A DNA stretch of 64,000 nucleotides, taken from NCBI GenBank assembly GCA_965248835.1, contig CBDFLJ010000002.1, positions 2,048,001 to 2,112,000 of the forward strand. Reading direction: 5' to 3'. The stretch comes from Alphaproteobacteria bacterium (GTDB lineage Bacteria; Pseudomonadota; Alphaproteobacteria; MPNO01). A program made the translations under genes and the position numbers. The notes under the pieces are model-generated. The model ran no database searches, was not told the DNA's origin, and saw nothing but the letters and a program-made list of their open reading frames with translations. Positions 1 to 9,369 of the stretch are shown in pieces; within the stretch, counting starts at the first letter, position 1, and each line of letters starts with the position of its first letter.

Positions 1-805
1 AGGTCAGCCCGTGATATGCCGGATCCGGCTCGGCCAGACCCGGGAACTTGTCGTTCTGCTGCCAGTCGAACCGGCCTGATTCGACGACCACGCCGCCCAT
101 CGTATTGCCGTGACCGCCGATATATTTGGTTGCCGAATGGACGACCAGATCGGCCCCCCAATCGAACGGCCGGCAGAGATAGGGCGAGGCCAGCGTGTTG
201 TCGACCACGACCGGGATGCCGAACTCCCGCCCGATGGCCGCGACCGCCTCGAGGTCGATGACCACCCCGCCCGGGTTGGCGAGGTTCTCGCAGAAGATGA
301 ACTTGACCCGCTCGGTCATCGCCGCGCGCACGTTCTCGGGTTCGGTCATGTCGACGAAGCGGCAGGTCCAGCCGAGCTTCGGGAAGCTATGGGCGAACTG
401 GGTGACCGATCCGCCGTAGAGGTTGCGCGATGCGACGAACTCGTCGCCGCTTTGCAGCAGCACGGCCGCGACCAGGAACTGGGCGGCGTGCCCGCTGGCG
501 GCCGCAACCGCGCCGCGCCCGTTCTCGAGCGCCGCAATCCGTTCCTCGAAGACGGCGACCGTCGGGTTGGTGATGCGCGAATAGATGTAGCCGAAGGTCT
601 GCAGATTGAAGAGTTCGGCGGCGTGATCGGCATCGTCGAAGACATAAGCAGTCGTCTGGTAGATCGGCGTCGTCCGCGCACCGGTGACCGGGTCGGGCCG
701 CGCGCCGGCATGGACTGCGATCGTCTCGATGCCGTATTCGCGCGGTGCGTCCTCGTCGGCCGGAAGGTCGTCGAAGGACGGGATGTCTTCGGTCCTTGTG
801 TTCAT
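1..805 (-). CDS. metY: O-acetylhomoserine aminocarboxypropyltransferase/sulfhydrylase (Cys/Met PLP family), 3' end outside window
   Basis: Manual translation from ATG at 805: ...TPIYQTTAYVFDDADHAAELFNLQTFGYIYSRITNPT...DNTLASPYLCRPFDWGADLVVHSATKYIGGHG (PLP lysine). ATGA overlap with the upstream gene. Absent from the ORF track because it runs off the window edge. Confidence 0.92.
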   Translation of the reverse strand, partial: MNTRTEDIPSFDDLPADEDAPREYGIETIAVHAGARPDPVTGARTTPIYQTTAYVFDDADHAAELFNLQTFGYIYSRITNPTVAVFEERIAALENGRGAVAAASGHAAQFLVAAVLLQSGDEFVASRNLYGGSVTQFAHSFPKLGWTCRFVDMTEPENVRAAMTERVKFIFCENLANPGGVVIDLEAVAAIGREFGIPVVVDNTLASPYLCRPFDWGADLVVHSATKYIGGHGNTMGGVVVESGRFDWQQNDKFPGLAEPDPAYHGLT

Positions 806-1338
806 GCCTTGGGTGGCCTCAGGCGTTTAGCCGTGATGATTCCGGAGTTGATGCCGCCCCAGCCGAGCTCGCCGGACAACCGGGCGTACTCGATTTTGGG
901 ACAGCGGTTCATGACGACAACCAGGCCTGCGTCCTCGGCAAGCCGGGCCGCCTCGTCGTTGCGGACCGAGAGTTGCATCCACAGCACCTTGATGCCTTTG
1001 TCTTCCTTGTTGGCGATCACCTCCTCGGTGATCGCCAACGCCTCTTCGGAGGTGCGAAAGATATCCACCATGTCGATCTGGACCGGGATGTCCCGGATAG
1101 CGCCGTAAACGGTCTCGCCCAGTATCTCCTGGCCCACACGGGCCGGGTTGACCGGGATGATGCGATAGCCACGCTTCTGGAGATATTTCATCGCGTAGAA
1201 GCTGGGCCGCCGCCACACCGTGCTGGCCCCGACCATCGCGAAGGTCCGCACGCGGCGGAGGATCGCCCGCAGCCGCCGATCGGCGTAGTGGTCGTGATGG
1301 GCGAGGTGGAATGGCGCGTCCGCTATTTGTCCCTGCAT
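802..1338 (-). CDS. CoA-binding protein (YccU-like)
   Basis: AMVGAS..RPS..MKYLQKRGYRIIPVNP, DMVDIFR, WMQL, VVMNRCPKIE motifs; commonly adjacent to metY. Confidence 0.9.
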   Translation of the reverse strand: MQGQIADAPFHLAHHDHYADRRLRAILRRVRTFAMVGASTVWRRPSFYAMKYLQKRGYRIIPVNPARVGQEILGETVYGAIRDIPVQIDMVDIFRTSEEALAITEEVIANKEDKGIKVLWMQLSVRNDEAARLAEDAGLVVVMNRCPKIEYARLSGELGWGGINSGIITAKRLRPPKA

Positions 1339-1451
1339 CCTCGCCTCGAACCTTCCGCTGTCATCGGCGTTCCGAGGCTACAGGTCGGGGAGGCGGCGGA
1401 CAACGACCGGATGCGGCGGGACCAGCGCGTCCAGAGCGTCCGGAGCGTGCT

Positions 1452-1766
1452 TCAGACCGTCTCGTTCTCGATCCAGTCGAGGAATTCCCGATTGCCGCTC
1501 TGCACCGCGATCTCCAGGACGCAGGGCGTGTCGGCATCATGCAGTTCCTTCACCCGCTTGATGACCGAATCGACCAGGGTCGTCCGCGTTTTGATGATCA
1601 GGATTGCTTCCCCGGCCTCCTCGATTTCGCCGTTCCACCAATATATCGACCTCATGCCGTCAAGGATGTTGACACAGGCCGCCATCCGAACTTCGATCAG
1701 CGCACGCCCGATCCGGCGGGCCTGCGCCACTCCCGCAGTCGTGACATAGACTAGGCTGATCGACAT
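1452..1766 (-). CDS. cutA: Divalent-cation tolerance protein CutA
   Basis: LVYVTT...AACVNILDGMRSIYWWNGEIEEAGE...IKT...HDADTPC; start placed at MSISLV (1766). Confidence 0.9.
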   Translation of the reverse strand: MSISLVYVTTAGVAQARRIGRALIEVRMAACVNILDGMRSIYWWNGEIEEAGEAILIIKTRTTLVDSVIKRVKELHDADTPCVLEIAVQSGNREFLDWIENETV

Positions 1767-1924
1767 CTTGCAGTCCCGACGAATTGCCATAAAGTGTTCG
1801 GAGTCGGTGGGACATCGCAAAATATCCGGGAATCGTCAATCCGAGCCGCGGTCGGGATCGGTGAAATGAAATCCGGGCGATGGCCGTATTCGGGGGTTTG
1901 CTTGGGACAGGATGAGGAGCCGTC

Positions 1925-2737
1925 ATGGCGCTTAGTGACAACCTGAAGAAATTGATCACCGTTTCCGCCCCGCTGTGGGCCGGCGAGGCCGAGGTCGTGC
2001 GATCCTACTGGGACTCGCCGATCCGCTCGCACGACACCGAGCTGCTGTGGCTGGGGCGTCAATGCTCCAAGGAGTTCAACGGCACCGGGATCGGCGAGTT
2101 CAAGAATCTCGGCGTCTTCCTGGGGCCGGTCACCGAGCTCGGCGAGATCTTTCGCCGCATCGATACCGGTGCACCCGACAGCGTCGACCGCCGCTACGCG
2201 CTCGAGCTGATCGAGATCCTGCACGACGAGTTCGACCATTACATCCGCTTCGCCAATGTCTACGATGCGATCCGCGGGCCGGACGCACCACCGATGAACC
2301 CGCACGCGCTGCAGACCTGGGACGAGGACGCCGAGCTCACGCGGGTGCGGCACGCACACAACGAAAAGCACGGCGCGCTCGGCATCCGGGCCAGCCGGTT
2401 CACCGAAGGCGGCTATTGCGCGCTGTTCCGCGAGGGCACGCGGCTGAAGGGCCGCGGCGGCGTCGACGACATGATCGCCGATGCCTGCACGAAGGTCTAC
2501 GAGGACGAGTTCGGCCACATGCTCGAGGGCATCGTCGGCCTGGACGACGAGGGCTGGTCCGACGAGCAGTTTGCGCTGATGGGCGAACTGGTGGTCGAGC
2601 AGCTCCGGCTGCGCATCCGCATGCGCAACGCCGAATTCAGCTTCCCGCTGAGCGAGGAGCGCGTCCAGGCGATCTATGCCGGTGATATCGAGCCCGAGCC
2701 CTTCGACTACGAGCGTGCCACCGCGGCGATGCACTGA
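1925..2737 (+). CDS. Ferritin-like diiron-carboxylate protein of unknown function
   Basis: Two DExxH motifs (HDEFDH, EDEFGH) with an intervening TEGG; GAGGAG RBS; typical codon usage. Confidence 0.7.
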   Translation: MALSDNLKKLITVSAPLWAGEAEVVRSYWDSPIRSHDTELLWLGRQCSKEFNGTGIGEFKNLGVFLGPVTELGEIFRRIDTGAPDSVDRRYALELIEILHDEFDHYIRFANVYDAIRGPDAPPMNPHALQTWDEDAELTRVRHAHNEKHGALGIRASRFTEGGYCALFREGTRLKGRGGVDDMIADACTKVYEDEFGHMLEGIVGLDDEGWSDEQFALMGELVVEQLRLRIRMRNAEFSFPLSEERVQAIYAGDIEPEPFDYERATAAMH

Positions 2738-2771
2738 GCAGCACCGCCCGCTCGCTGTCCGGGTCTTGTTT

Positions 2772-3272
2772 TCACAGGATGAAGCTCACCGAGCCAAGCG
2801 CGCCGAGCTCCTGGCAATCGAGGATCGCGCGGCGTTCGACGATCCTGAGCCCGTCCTCGCCCGGCCGCAGCCGGAAGACGTAGCGGCCGACATATTCGCC
2901 GACGCGCTCGTTGCGTCGGAAGCGGTAGACGACGAAGTTCGCCTCGGCCTCGATCTCGACCGCGGTTCGTTCGGTGATGCGGACGTTCGAGATCATCCGC
3001 CGGGTCCGCGACCGGGGCGCCTCGGCATGGGCCTGGCCGCTTTTCAGCCGCTTGACGCGGCCGCGAATCCGATCGATGTCGTCGGCTATGGTGAACAGGG
3101 TCGAACGGTGGTCCCCGTCGGGGACGTCATTCGGCGGGACCAGGTAACGCGCGTCCTCGGTCAGGAGCGCCAGCCAGTCATCGAGCCGCCAGGCGTCGAG
3201 CAGCGCGGCTTCTTCGAACAGGAACGCCTCGACATCGGCGCGGGTGATCTCGGCCGGGGTGCCCGCGCTCAT
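2772..3272 (-). CDS. Aromatic ring-hydroxylating dioxygenase beta subunit
   Basis: VEAFLFEEAALLDAWRLDDWL...RTRRMISNV...YVGRY; ATGA-coupled to the alpha subunit. Confidence 0.92.
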   Translation of the reverse strand: MSAGTPAEITRADVEAFLFEEAALLDAWRLDDWLALLTEDARYLVPPNDVPDGDHRSTLFTIADDIDRIRGRVKRLKSGQAHAEAPRSRTRRMISNVRITERTAVEIEAEANFVVYRFRRNERVGEYVGRYVFRLRPGEDGLRIVERRAILDCQELGALGSVSFIL

Positions 3273-4534
3273 GACAGCATCAGCGCGTTCCACTGGCGCC
3301 AGAACGCCCGCAGGTGCAGCTCGTCGGTATTCAACTGCTCGCCGTCCTTGTTCATGCCTCGCGAGATCTCCGACCAGCTGATCTCCCGCCAGGTCGCGAG
3401 CCCGTCCTGGACCGACTCCAGCGCTTCCACGTCGTCGGGCGTCGCCAGCCCGCCGGGGCCGTAGAACGTCAAGAAGCTGTCCAGGCGGCGGGCCCGCGAG
3501 GTCTCGGATTCCTCGACCGGGCCGCCGGCCCAGGCGGTCACCCGCATGCGATCGACCGCGGTCGGCCAGAAGGTGCGCACCGTCACCGCCGAGCCGTCGT
3601 TGATCACGAGGTTGGGGAAGACCACCAGGTTGCGGTTGGTATCGGCGATGCGCCGGGCCCGCTCTTCGCCCAGGCGCGCGACCAGCCCGGCACGGACCGC
3701 CTCGATCTCGGGTTTCGCGTCCGCGCCGTAGAGCGGGATCCAGGCGGCGATCGGCCGGCCGCGGAAATTGACGTTGTCGACCACCGCATGGCCGTTGCCC
3801 AGCGCCTTGCCGATGCCGCGGGTGGGCATCATCAGCCCCTTGCCCATGGCGACCGAGACGCCGGAGTCCTTCATGTAATCGAGATAGGTCGAATGGGTCG
3901 AATGCAGGTGATAGTCATCGAAGCTGTTCTCGACCAGAAGCTTCCAGTTTGCGCGGATGTCATATTCCTGGGTGCCTGAGACGATCTCCAGCCGCCCCGA
4001 CGGCGACTGATCGACGACCAGATCGATGTACTCGCGCGCGCCGGCCAGATAGTCCGCCAGCGCCTCGGCCCGCGCGCCGAAATGGGCGAACCAGAACCCG
4101 CGGTAGCTCTCCAGCCGCGGCACCTCGGCCAGCGCGAAATCGGCCTGGTCGAAGGCCTCGCCATAGGCGTCCTTGCCGGGAACGTTCCTGAGCGCGCCGT
4201 CGATGTCATAGGTCCAGCCGTGATAGAGGCAGGTGAAGCGCTGGCGGTTGCCTTCCCGTTCGCGGCAGACCACGGTGCCGCGGTGACGGCAGGAATTGAG
4301 GAACGCGCGGACGGTGCCGGCGTTGTCGCGCGCCAAGATGACCGGCCGGCCGGCCACGGTTCGGGTCCGGAAATCTCCCGGACTGCCGACCTCGGACTCG
4401 TGGCCGACATAGATCCAGCAGCGATCGAAGATCCGCGCGTGCTCGGCTTTCAGGATTTCCGGGTCGACCAGCACCGAACGGCTCAGCCGGAAACGTTCCC
4501 TCTCCGGCTCGTCGATGATAAAGGGACCGTCCAT
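3269..4534 (-). CDS. Rieske ring-hydroxylating dioxygenase alpha subunit (p-cumate dioxygenase-like)
   Basis: Rieske CRHRG-x15-CLYHGW; NWKLLVENSFDDYHLHSTH; TPDD. Real start MDGPFII at 4534 lies inside the 741 aa track ORF. Confidence 0.9.
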   Translation of the reverse strand: MDGPFIIDEPERERFRLSRSVLVDPEILKAEHARIFDRCWIYVGHESEVGSPGDFRTRTVAGRPVILARDNAGTVRAFLNSCRHRGTVVCREREGNRQRFTCLYHGWTYDIDGALRNVPGKDAYGEAFDQADFALAEVPRLESYRGFWFAHFGARAEALADYLAGAREYIDLVVDQSPSGRLEIVSGTQEYDIRANWKLLVENSFDDYHLHSTHSTYLDYMKDSGVSVAMGKGLMMPTRGIGKALGNGHAVVDNVNFRGRPIAAWIPLYGADAKPEIEAVRAGLVARLGEERARRIADTNRNLVVFPNLVINDGSAVTVRTFWPTAVDRMRVTAWAGGPVEESETSRARRLDSFLTFYGPGGLATPDDVEALESVQDGLATWREISWSEISRGMNKDGEQLNTDELHLRAFWRQWNALMLS

Positions 4535-4548
4535 CCTCAGCGGTGGGT

Positions 4549-5454
4549 TCAGGCGCCGCCGCCCGGCAGCGTGCCCGCGGGCAAGGATTCGATGTGATCG
4601 ACGACATCGCGCGGCCGGGTGAACCAGATCCGGTCGGCCCACTCGTGATTGAGGATGTATTTGAGAATCTTGCGGAGTTGCACCATGCGGGACGGCTGGC
4701 CGACGATGAAGGTGTGCAGCGACAGAGCGTAGCACAACGGCTGGTGCACGCACTGCTCCAGCATCTCGTCGACTTGGTCGATCACCATATCGGTGAACGC
4801 GCGCGCGGTGTGATGGCGGTTGAGCATCGCCGGCGAATCGTTGAGCTCCACCGGATAAGGCACCGACAGGATCCGTCCGTTGCGCGTCTTCATCCACACC
4901 GGCTGGTCGTCGATCGGCCAGTCGAGCACGTAGCGGTAGCCGTTCTCCTGCAGCACATCGAGCGTGGTCGCGGTCTCGGAGATCCACGGCCCGAGCCAGC
5001 CGCTGGGTTGGACACCTTCCTGCTGGCGCAGGATTTCGGTCGCCTCCTTGATCAGGACCGCCTCGTCTTCGGACGACAGATCTCCCTGGCGTTCGCTGTT
5101 GGTCCGGCCGTGGCCGACCACCTCGTCGCCGCGCGCGCGGATGCGGTCGATGATCTGCGGCGCGTAGTCGTAGATCGTCGTGTTCACCAGGTGGCAGGCC
5201 GGCAATTCCAGCTCGTCGAACAGATCGAGGATCCGCCAGACACCGACGCGCAACCCGTAGTCCCGCCAGGCGTAGTTGCGGATATCGGGCTGCGGCCCGG
5301 GCGCGGTGGGAGTGTGGCCCATCCCCTCGCCGAAATGGAAGTGCTCGACGTTCAGCCCGATATAGAACGCCAGCCGCTTGCCGCCCGGCCAGTCGTATTG
5401 CGGGCGCTCGACGATCGGCGAGTACTCGTAGCGGCCGTGCTTCTTCAGTTCCAT
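4549..5454 (-). CDS. Polysaccharide deacetylase family hydrolase (PuuE/allantoinase-like)
   Basis: WPGGKRLAFYIGLNVEHF, RDYGLRVGVWR, EVVGHG, GWLGPW, DDQPVW, PYPVELND, LHTFIVGQPSR. Confidence 0.88.
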   Translation of the reverse strand: MELKKHGRYEYSPIVERPQYDWPGGKRLAFYIGLNVEHFHFGEGMGHTPTAPGPQPDIRNYAWRDYGLRVGVWRILDLFDELELPACHLVNTTIYDYAPQIIDRIRARGDEVVGHGRTNSERQGDLSSEDEAVLIKEATEILRQQEGVQPSGWLGPWISETATTLDVLQENGYRYVLDWPIDDQPVWMKTRNGRILSVPYPVELNDSPAMLNRHHTARAFTDMVIDQVDEMLEQCVHQPLCYALSLHTFIVGQPSRMVQLRKILKYILNHEWADRIWFTRPRDVVDHIESLPAGTLPGGGA

Positions 5455-5500
5455 CGCGTGCCCCCTGGATCCATTCCTTGGCCGAACGGTACACAAACGA

Positions 5501-5896
5501 TCAGGGTTCGGGAACCACGGCGGTCGCTTCGATCTCGACCTTGGCGCGGTCCTCCATCAGGGCCGAGACCTCCACGGCAGCCATGACGGGATAGTTGCGC
5601 CCCATCACTTCGCGGTAGGCCGCGCCGACATCGGCGATGCTGTCCAGATATTCCCGCTTGGAGGTGAAATACATCGTCATCCGGACCACATGCTGGGGCC
5701 CTGCCCCGCCCTCGGCGAGGACGGCGCGGATGTTGAGCAGCGCCTGCCGGAACTGATCGGCGAAGTCGTCGCTTTCGAACGTTTCCTCGGGGGTCCAGCC
5801 GATCTGGCCGGCGACGAACACCAGCCTGCCGCTGGCCGATACGCCGTTGGAATAACCCTTGGGCCGCGGCCAGCCGGGCGGTTGCAGGATCTCCAT
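5501..5896 (-). CDS. RidA/YjgF family protein
   Basis: LQPPGWPRPKGYSNG, FVAGQIGW, YPVMAAVEVSAL, KVEIEATAV. Confidence 0.92.
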   Translation of the reverse strand: MEILQPPGWPRPKGYSNGVSASGRLVFVAGQIGWTPEETFESDDFADQFRQALLNIRAVLAEGGAGPQHVVRMTMYFTSKREYLDSIADVGAAYREVMGRNYPVMAAVEVSALMEDRAKVEIEATAVVPEP

Positions 5897-5930
5897 CGCG
5901 ACGATCTCCGAGTCTTGTCAGGAACAGGCG

Positions 5931-5952
5931 GTTGTTTTAAGTTTAAAATAAC
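5931..5952. promoter_or_regulatory. Imperfect palindromic operator (TTTA-N4-TAAA core), probable MarR site in a divergent promoter
   Basis: GTTGTTTTAAGTTTAAAATAAC, an AT-rich dyad between ridA and the SDR gene; same core recurs upstream of the gene starting at 16027. Confidence 0.65.
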
Positions 5953-5996
5953 TAGCCGACAGCCGTCCAGCCTGCCGCGGAGCAAAGACATCGCCT

Positions 5997-6824
5997 ATGA
6001 ACAGCGCCCTACCGAACCCATCCGGCGCGGGCCCCGCCGACGAAGCCGCGCCGCTCGCCGGTCGCCATGCGGTGGTCACCGGCGCCGGGCGCGGGATCGG
6101 CCGGACGATCTCAGAGACCCTGGCACGGCTGGGCGCGGATCTTACCCTGCTCGGCCGGAATCTCGAACGGCTGGCGGGCGCGGCCGCAAGCATCGGTGCG
6201 GCGTCGGGGGCGACGCCGCGGACCTTCGCGGGCGACGTTGCCGATGCCGATGCGATCGCGGCCGCGTTTGCGCGCGCGCGCGAGACCGCGGGCCCGGTTG
6301 CGATCCTGATCAACAACGCCGGTATCTCCGGCAGCGCGCCGTTCACCCGGACCGGCGCGGCACTCTGGCAGTCGATGCTGGAGACCAACCTGACCGGGAC
6401 CTTCCGCTGTACGCAGCTCGTCTATCCAGCAATGGTTGAGGCGGGCTGGGGCCGGATCGTCAACATCGCCTCGACCTCGGGGCTGAAGGGCTATGCCTAC
6501 ACCGCGGCCTATTGCGCCTCCAAGCACGGCGTGGTCGGCCTGACCCGAGCGCTCGCGCTGGAAGCCGCCAGGACGGGGGTCACCGTCAACGCCGTCTGCC
6601 CGGGCTTTACCGAGACCGGGATGGTCGCGGATACGCTGGCAAATATCGTCGAGAAGACCGGCCGGACCGAGGAGCAGGCCCGCGCCGAGCTTACGGCTCT
6701 GAACCCGCAGGGCCGCCTGGTCGACCCACAGGAGGTCGCCGATGCGGTTGCCTGGCTGTGCCTGCCGTCGTCGGGGGCAATCACCGGCCAGGCGATCGCG
6801 GTCGCCGGCGGCGAGGTGATGTGA
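5997..6824 (+). CDS. SDR family oxidoreductase
   Basis: TGAGRGIG, NNAG, YCASK, NAVCPGF. Confidence 0.92.
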   Translation: MNSALPNPSGAGPADEAAPLAGRHAVVTGAGRGIGRTISETLARLGADLTLLGRNLERLAGAAASIGAASGATPRTFAGDVADADAIAAAFARARETAGPVAILINNAGISGSAPFTRTGAALWQSMLETNLTGTFRCTQLVYPAMVEAGWGRIVNIASTSGLKGYAYTAAYCASKHGVVGLTRALALEAARTGVTVNAVCPGFTETGMVADTLANIVEKTGRTEEQARAELTALNPQGRLVDPQEVADAVAWLCLPSSGAITGQAIAVAGGEVM

Positions 6825-7348
6825 TGACCGATGCGATTCCGGTTTCCGGCGGTGCTGCGCGCGGCGATTACGAGAGCGATGTCGGTGCCGGCGACGGGCT
6901 CGAGCTCCGGGTCTGGCTGCGGCTGTTGACCTGCTCCAACCTCATCGGACAGGGCGTCCGCCAAGGGCTGCATCAGGGCTTCGAGACGACTCTGCCGCGC
7001 TTCGACATCCTGGCCCAGCTCCACCGCGCCGAGAAGCCGTTGTCGATGGGCGCGCTGTCTGAGCGGCTGATGGTCACCAACGGCAACATCACCGGGCTGG
7101 TCGACCGGCTGGCGCGCGAGGGCAAGGTTGCGCGCAGCCCTTCAGCGGCCGACCGGCGGGTCCAGATGGTCTCTCTGACCGAGGCCGGCAGGGCGCAGTT
7201 CGCCGACATGGCCCGCGACAACCGGCGCTGGGTCAGCGCTATGATGGCCGGACTGAGCCGCGAGGAGATGCAGGCCCTGTTCGACCTGCTCGGCCGGCTC
7301 AAGCAGTCCATCCACCAGCCCACGCGCAACACGGAGAGCATGGTATGA
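6824..7348 (+). CDS. MarR family transcriptional regulator
   Basis: [10 protein letters not shown]...[12 protein letters not shown]...[15 protein letters not shown]...[10 protein letters not shown]; ATG at 6824 overlaps the SDR stop. Confidence 0.92.
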   Translation: MTDAIPVSGGAARGDYESDVGAGDGLELRVWLRLLTCSNLIGQGVRQGLHQGFETTLPRFDILAQLHRAEKPLSMGALSERLMVTNGNITGLVDRLAREGKVARSPSAADRRVQMVSLTEAGRAQFADMARDNRRWVSAMMAGLSREEMQALFDLLGRLKQSIHQPTRNTESMV

Positions 7349-8163
7349 AAGAGACCAGGGGCGCGGACCTGAAGCCCGAGCATTTCGCCTGGTCGGTCGA
7401 GGGCAAGGTCGGCACGCTGACCATCGACCGCCCGGAAAAGAAGAACGCCCTGACGTTCCACTCCTATGGCGAAATCCGCGATACCTTCCGCGCTCTGAGA
7501 TACGCAAGCGACGTCAAGGCGGTGGTGGTCACCGGCGCCGGCGGGGACTTCTGCTCCGGCGGCGACATCCGTGACATCATCGGCCCGCTGCTCGAGATGG
7601 ACATGCCGGAGCTGGTGGAATTCACCCGCATGACCGGCGACCTGGTCAAGGCGATGCGCGCCTGCCCACAGCCGATCATTGCCGCTGTCGAGGGGATCTG
7701 CGCCGGCGCAGGTGCCGCGATCGCGATGCACGCGGATATGCGTTTTGGGACCGCCGACAGCAAAATCGCCTTCCTGTTCACCCGGGTCGGGCTCGCCGGA
7801 TGCGACATGGGCGCATGCAGCGTGCTGCCGCGGATCATCGGCCAGGGCCGCGCGGCGGAACTCCTCTATTCCGGGCGCAGCATGGACGGCGAGGAAGCCT
7901 TGGCGTGGGGCTTCTACAACCGGTTGTGCCCGGCGGGCGAGGTGCTGGCCGCCGCACAGGAAGAGGCCCGGCGCCTTGCGGACGGCCCGACCTTCGCGCA
8001 CGCGATGACCAAGCACATGCTGCATGCCGAATGGCCGATGGCGCTCGACGATGCGATCGATGCCGAGGCCGACGCTCAGGCGATCTGCATGCAGACCCGC
8101 GATTTCCGCCGCGCCTATGACGCTTTCACCAACAAGCGGCGGCCGGTCTTCGAAGGCGACTGA
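7345..8163 (+). CDS. Enoyl-CoA hydratase/isomerase family protein
   Basis: [24 protein letters not shown]. Confidence 0.92.
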   Translation: MKETRGADLKPEHFAWSVEGKVGTLTIDRPEKKNALTFHSYGEIRDTFRALRYASDVKAVVVTGAGGDFCSGGDIRDIIGPLLEMDMPELVEFTRMTGDLVKAMRACPQPIIAAVEGICAGAGAAIAMHADMRFGTADSKIAFLFTRVGLAGCDMGACSVLPRIIGQGRAAELLYSGRSMDGEEALAWGFYNRLCPAGEVLAAAQEEARRLADGPTFAHAMTKHMLHAEWPMALDDAIDAEADAQAICMQTRDFRRAYDAFTNKRRPVFEGD

Positions 8164-9341
8164 TGCCCGATCGTACTTTCCTCGACTGGCCTTTCTTCGA
8201 AGACGAGCACCGCGCGCTCGCCGCTTCGCTGGAAGACTGGGCCGATGTCGAGATCGCGCCGCTGGAGCATGTCGAGCCCGAGGGCGACGCCGCGCTCGAT
8301 ACCCATTGCCGGCAGCTCGTGTCGATCCTTGCCGACGGCGGCTGGTTGCGCCACTGCGTGCCGCTGGGCTATGGCGGGCTGAAGCCTGTGCTCGACGTCA
8401 GAAGCCTGTGCCTGATCCGCGAGATCCTTGCCCGCCATTCGGGACTGGCCGATTTCTGCTTCGTCATGCAGGGGCTCGGGACCGGCGCGATCACGCTGTT
8501 CGGCACCGAGGAGCAGAAATCACGTTACCTGCCGGGCGCGGCCTCCGGCGAGCGGATCGCTGCGTTCGCGCTCAGCGAGCCGGCGAGCGGTTCCGATGTC
8601 GCGGCGATGACGACGACCGCGCGGCCGGAGGGCAACGGCTATGTGCTGGACGGCGAAAAGACGCTGATCTCCAATGCCGGCATCGCCGCCCAATACGTCG
8701 TCTTCGCACGCACCGGCGAAGACGACGGCGCCAGGGGGATCTCCGCTTTCATCGTCGACGCCGATGCGCCGGGGCTCAGCGTGCCGGAACGCTTCCCGGT
8801 CATCGCGCCCCATCCGCTGGGGACCGTCCGGTTCGAGAACTGCCGCATCGACGGCGCGCAGCTCCTGGCCACGCCGGGCGAGGGTTTCAAGATCGCGATG
8901 TCCTCGCTTGACGTCTTTCGCTCAACGGTCGGGGCGGCTGCGCTCGGGTTCGCGCGCCGCGCACTGGATGAGGCGCTCGCCCGCAGCCGGGAGCGCATCG
9001 CCTTCGGCCGGCCGATCGCGGACACACAGCTCATCCAGCAGAAGATCGCCGACATGGTCGTCCATATCGACGCCGCGGCCCTGCTGGTGTACCGGTCGGC
9101 CTGGACCAAGGATGTCTCCCAGGGCCGGGTGACGCGCGAGGCCGCGATTGCCAAGCTCTATGCCACCGAGGCCGCCCAGGAGGTGGTCGACCAGGCGGTC
9201 CAGATCTTCGGCGGCCAGGGCGTGATCGTCGGCAACATCGTCGAGCGGCTCTACCGCGACGTCCGCGCCCTTCGGATCTACGAGGGGACCAGCGAGATCC
9301 AGAAACTGATCATCGCCGGCCAGACGCTGGCGAGCCTTTGA
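8163..9341 (+). CDS. Acyl-CoA dehydrogenase
   Basis: [38 protein letters not shown]. Confidence 0.93.
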   Translation: MPDRTFLDWPFFEDEHRALAASLEDWADVEIAPLEHVEPEGDAALDTHCRQLVSILADGGWLRHCVPLGYGGLKPVLDVRSLCLIREILARHSGLADFCFVMQGLGTGAITLFGTEEQKSRYLPGAASGERIAAFALSEPASGSDVAAMTTTARPEGNGYVLDGEKTLISNAGIAAQYVVFARTGEDDGARGISAFIVDADAPGLSVPERFPVIAPHPLGTVRFENCRIDGAQLLATPGEGFKIAMSSLDVFRSTVGAAALGFARRALDEALARSRERIAFGRPIADTQLIQQKIADMVVHIDAAALLVYRSAWTKDVSQGRVTREAAIAKLYATEAAQEVVDQAVQIFGGQGVIVGNIVERLYRDVRALRIYEGTSEIQKLIIAGQTLASL

Positions 9342-9369
9342 GGAACGACGCCCGAGATCGGAGTGTGTG

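Noticed and set aside
3269-5494. 741 aa Rieske protein with a long N-terminal extension (likewise 21478..23421, 10596..12227, 39159..40406 and 58909..60636)
   Set aside because: The extensions are alternate-frame read-through of the upstream genes in GC-rich DNA; real starts lie at coupled or RBS-preceded codons.
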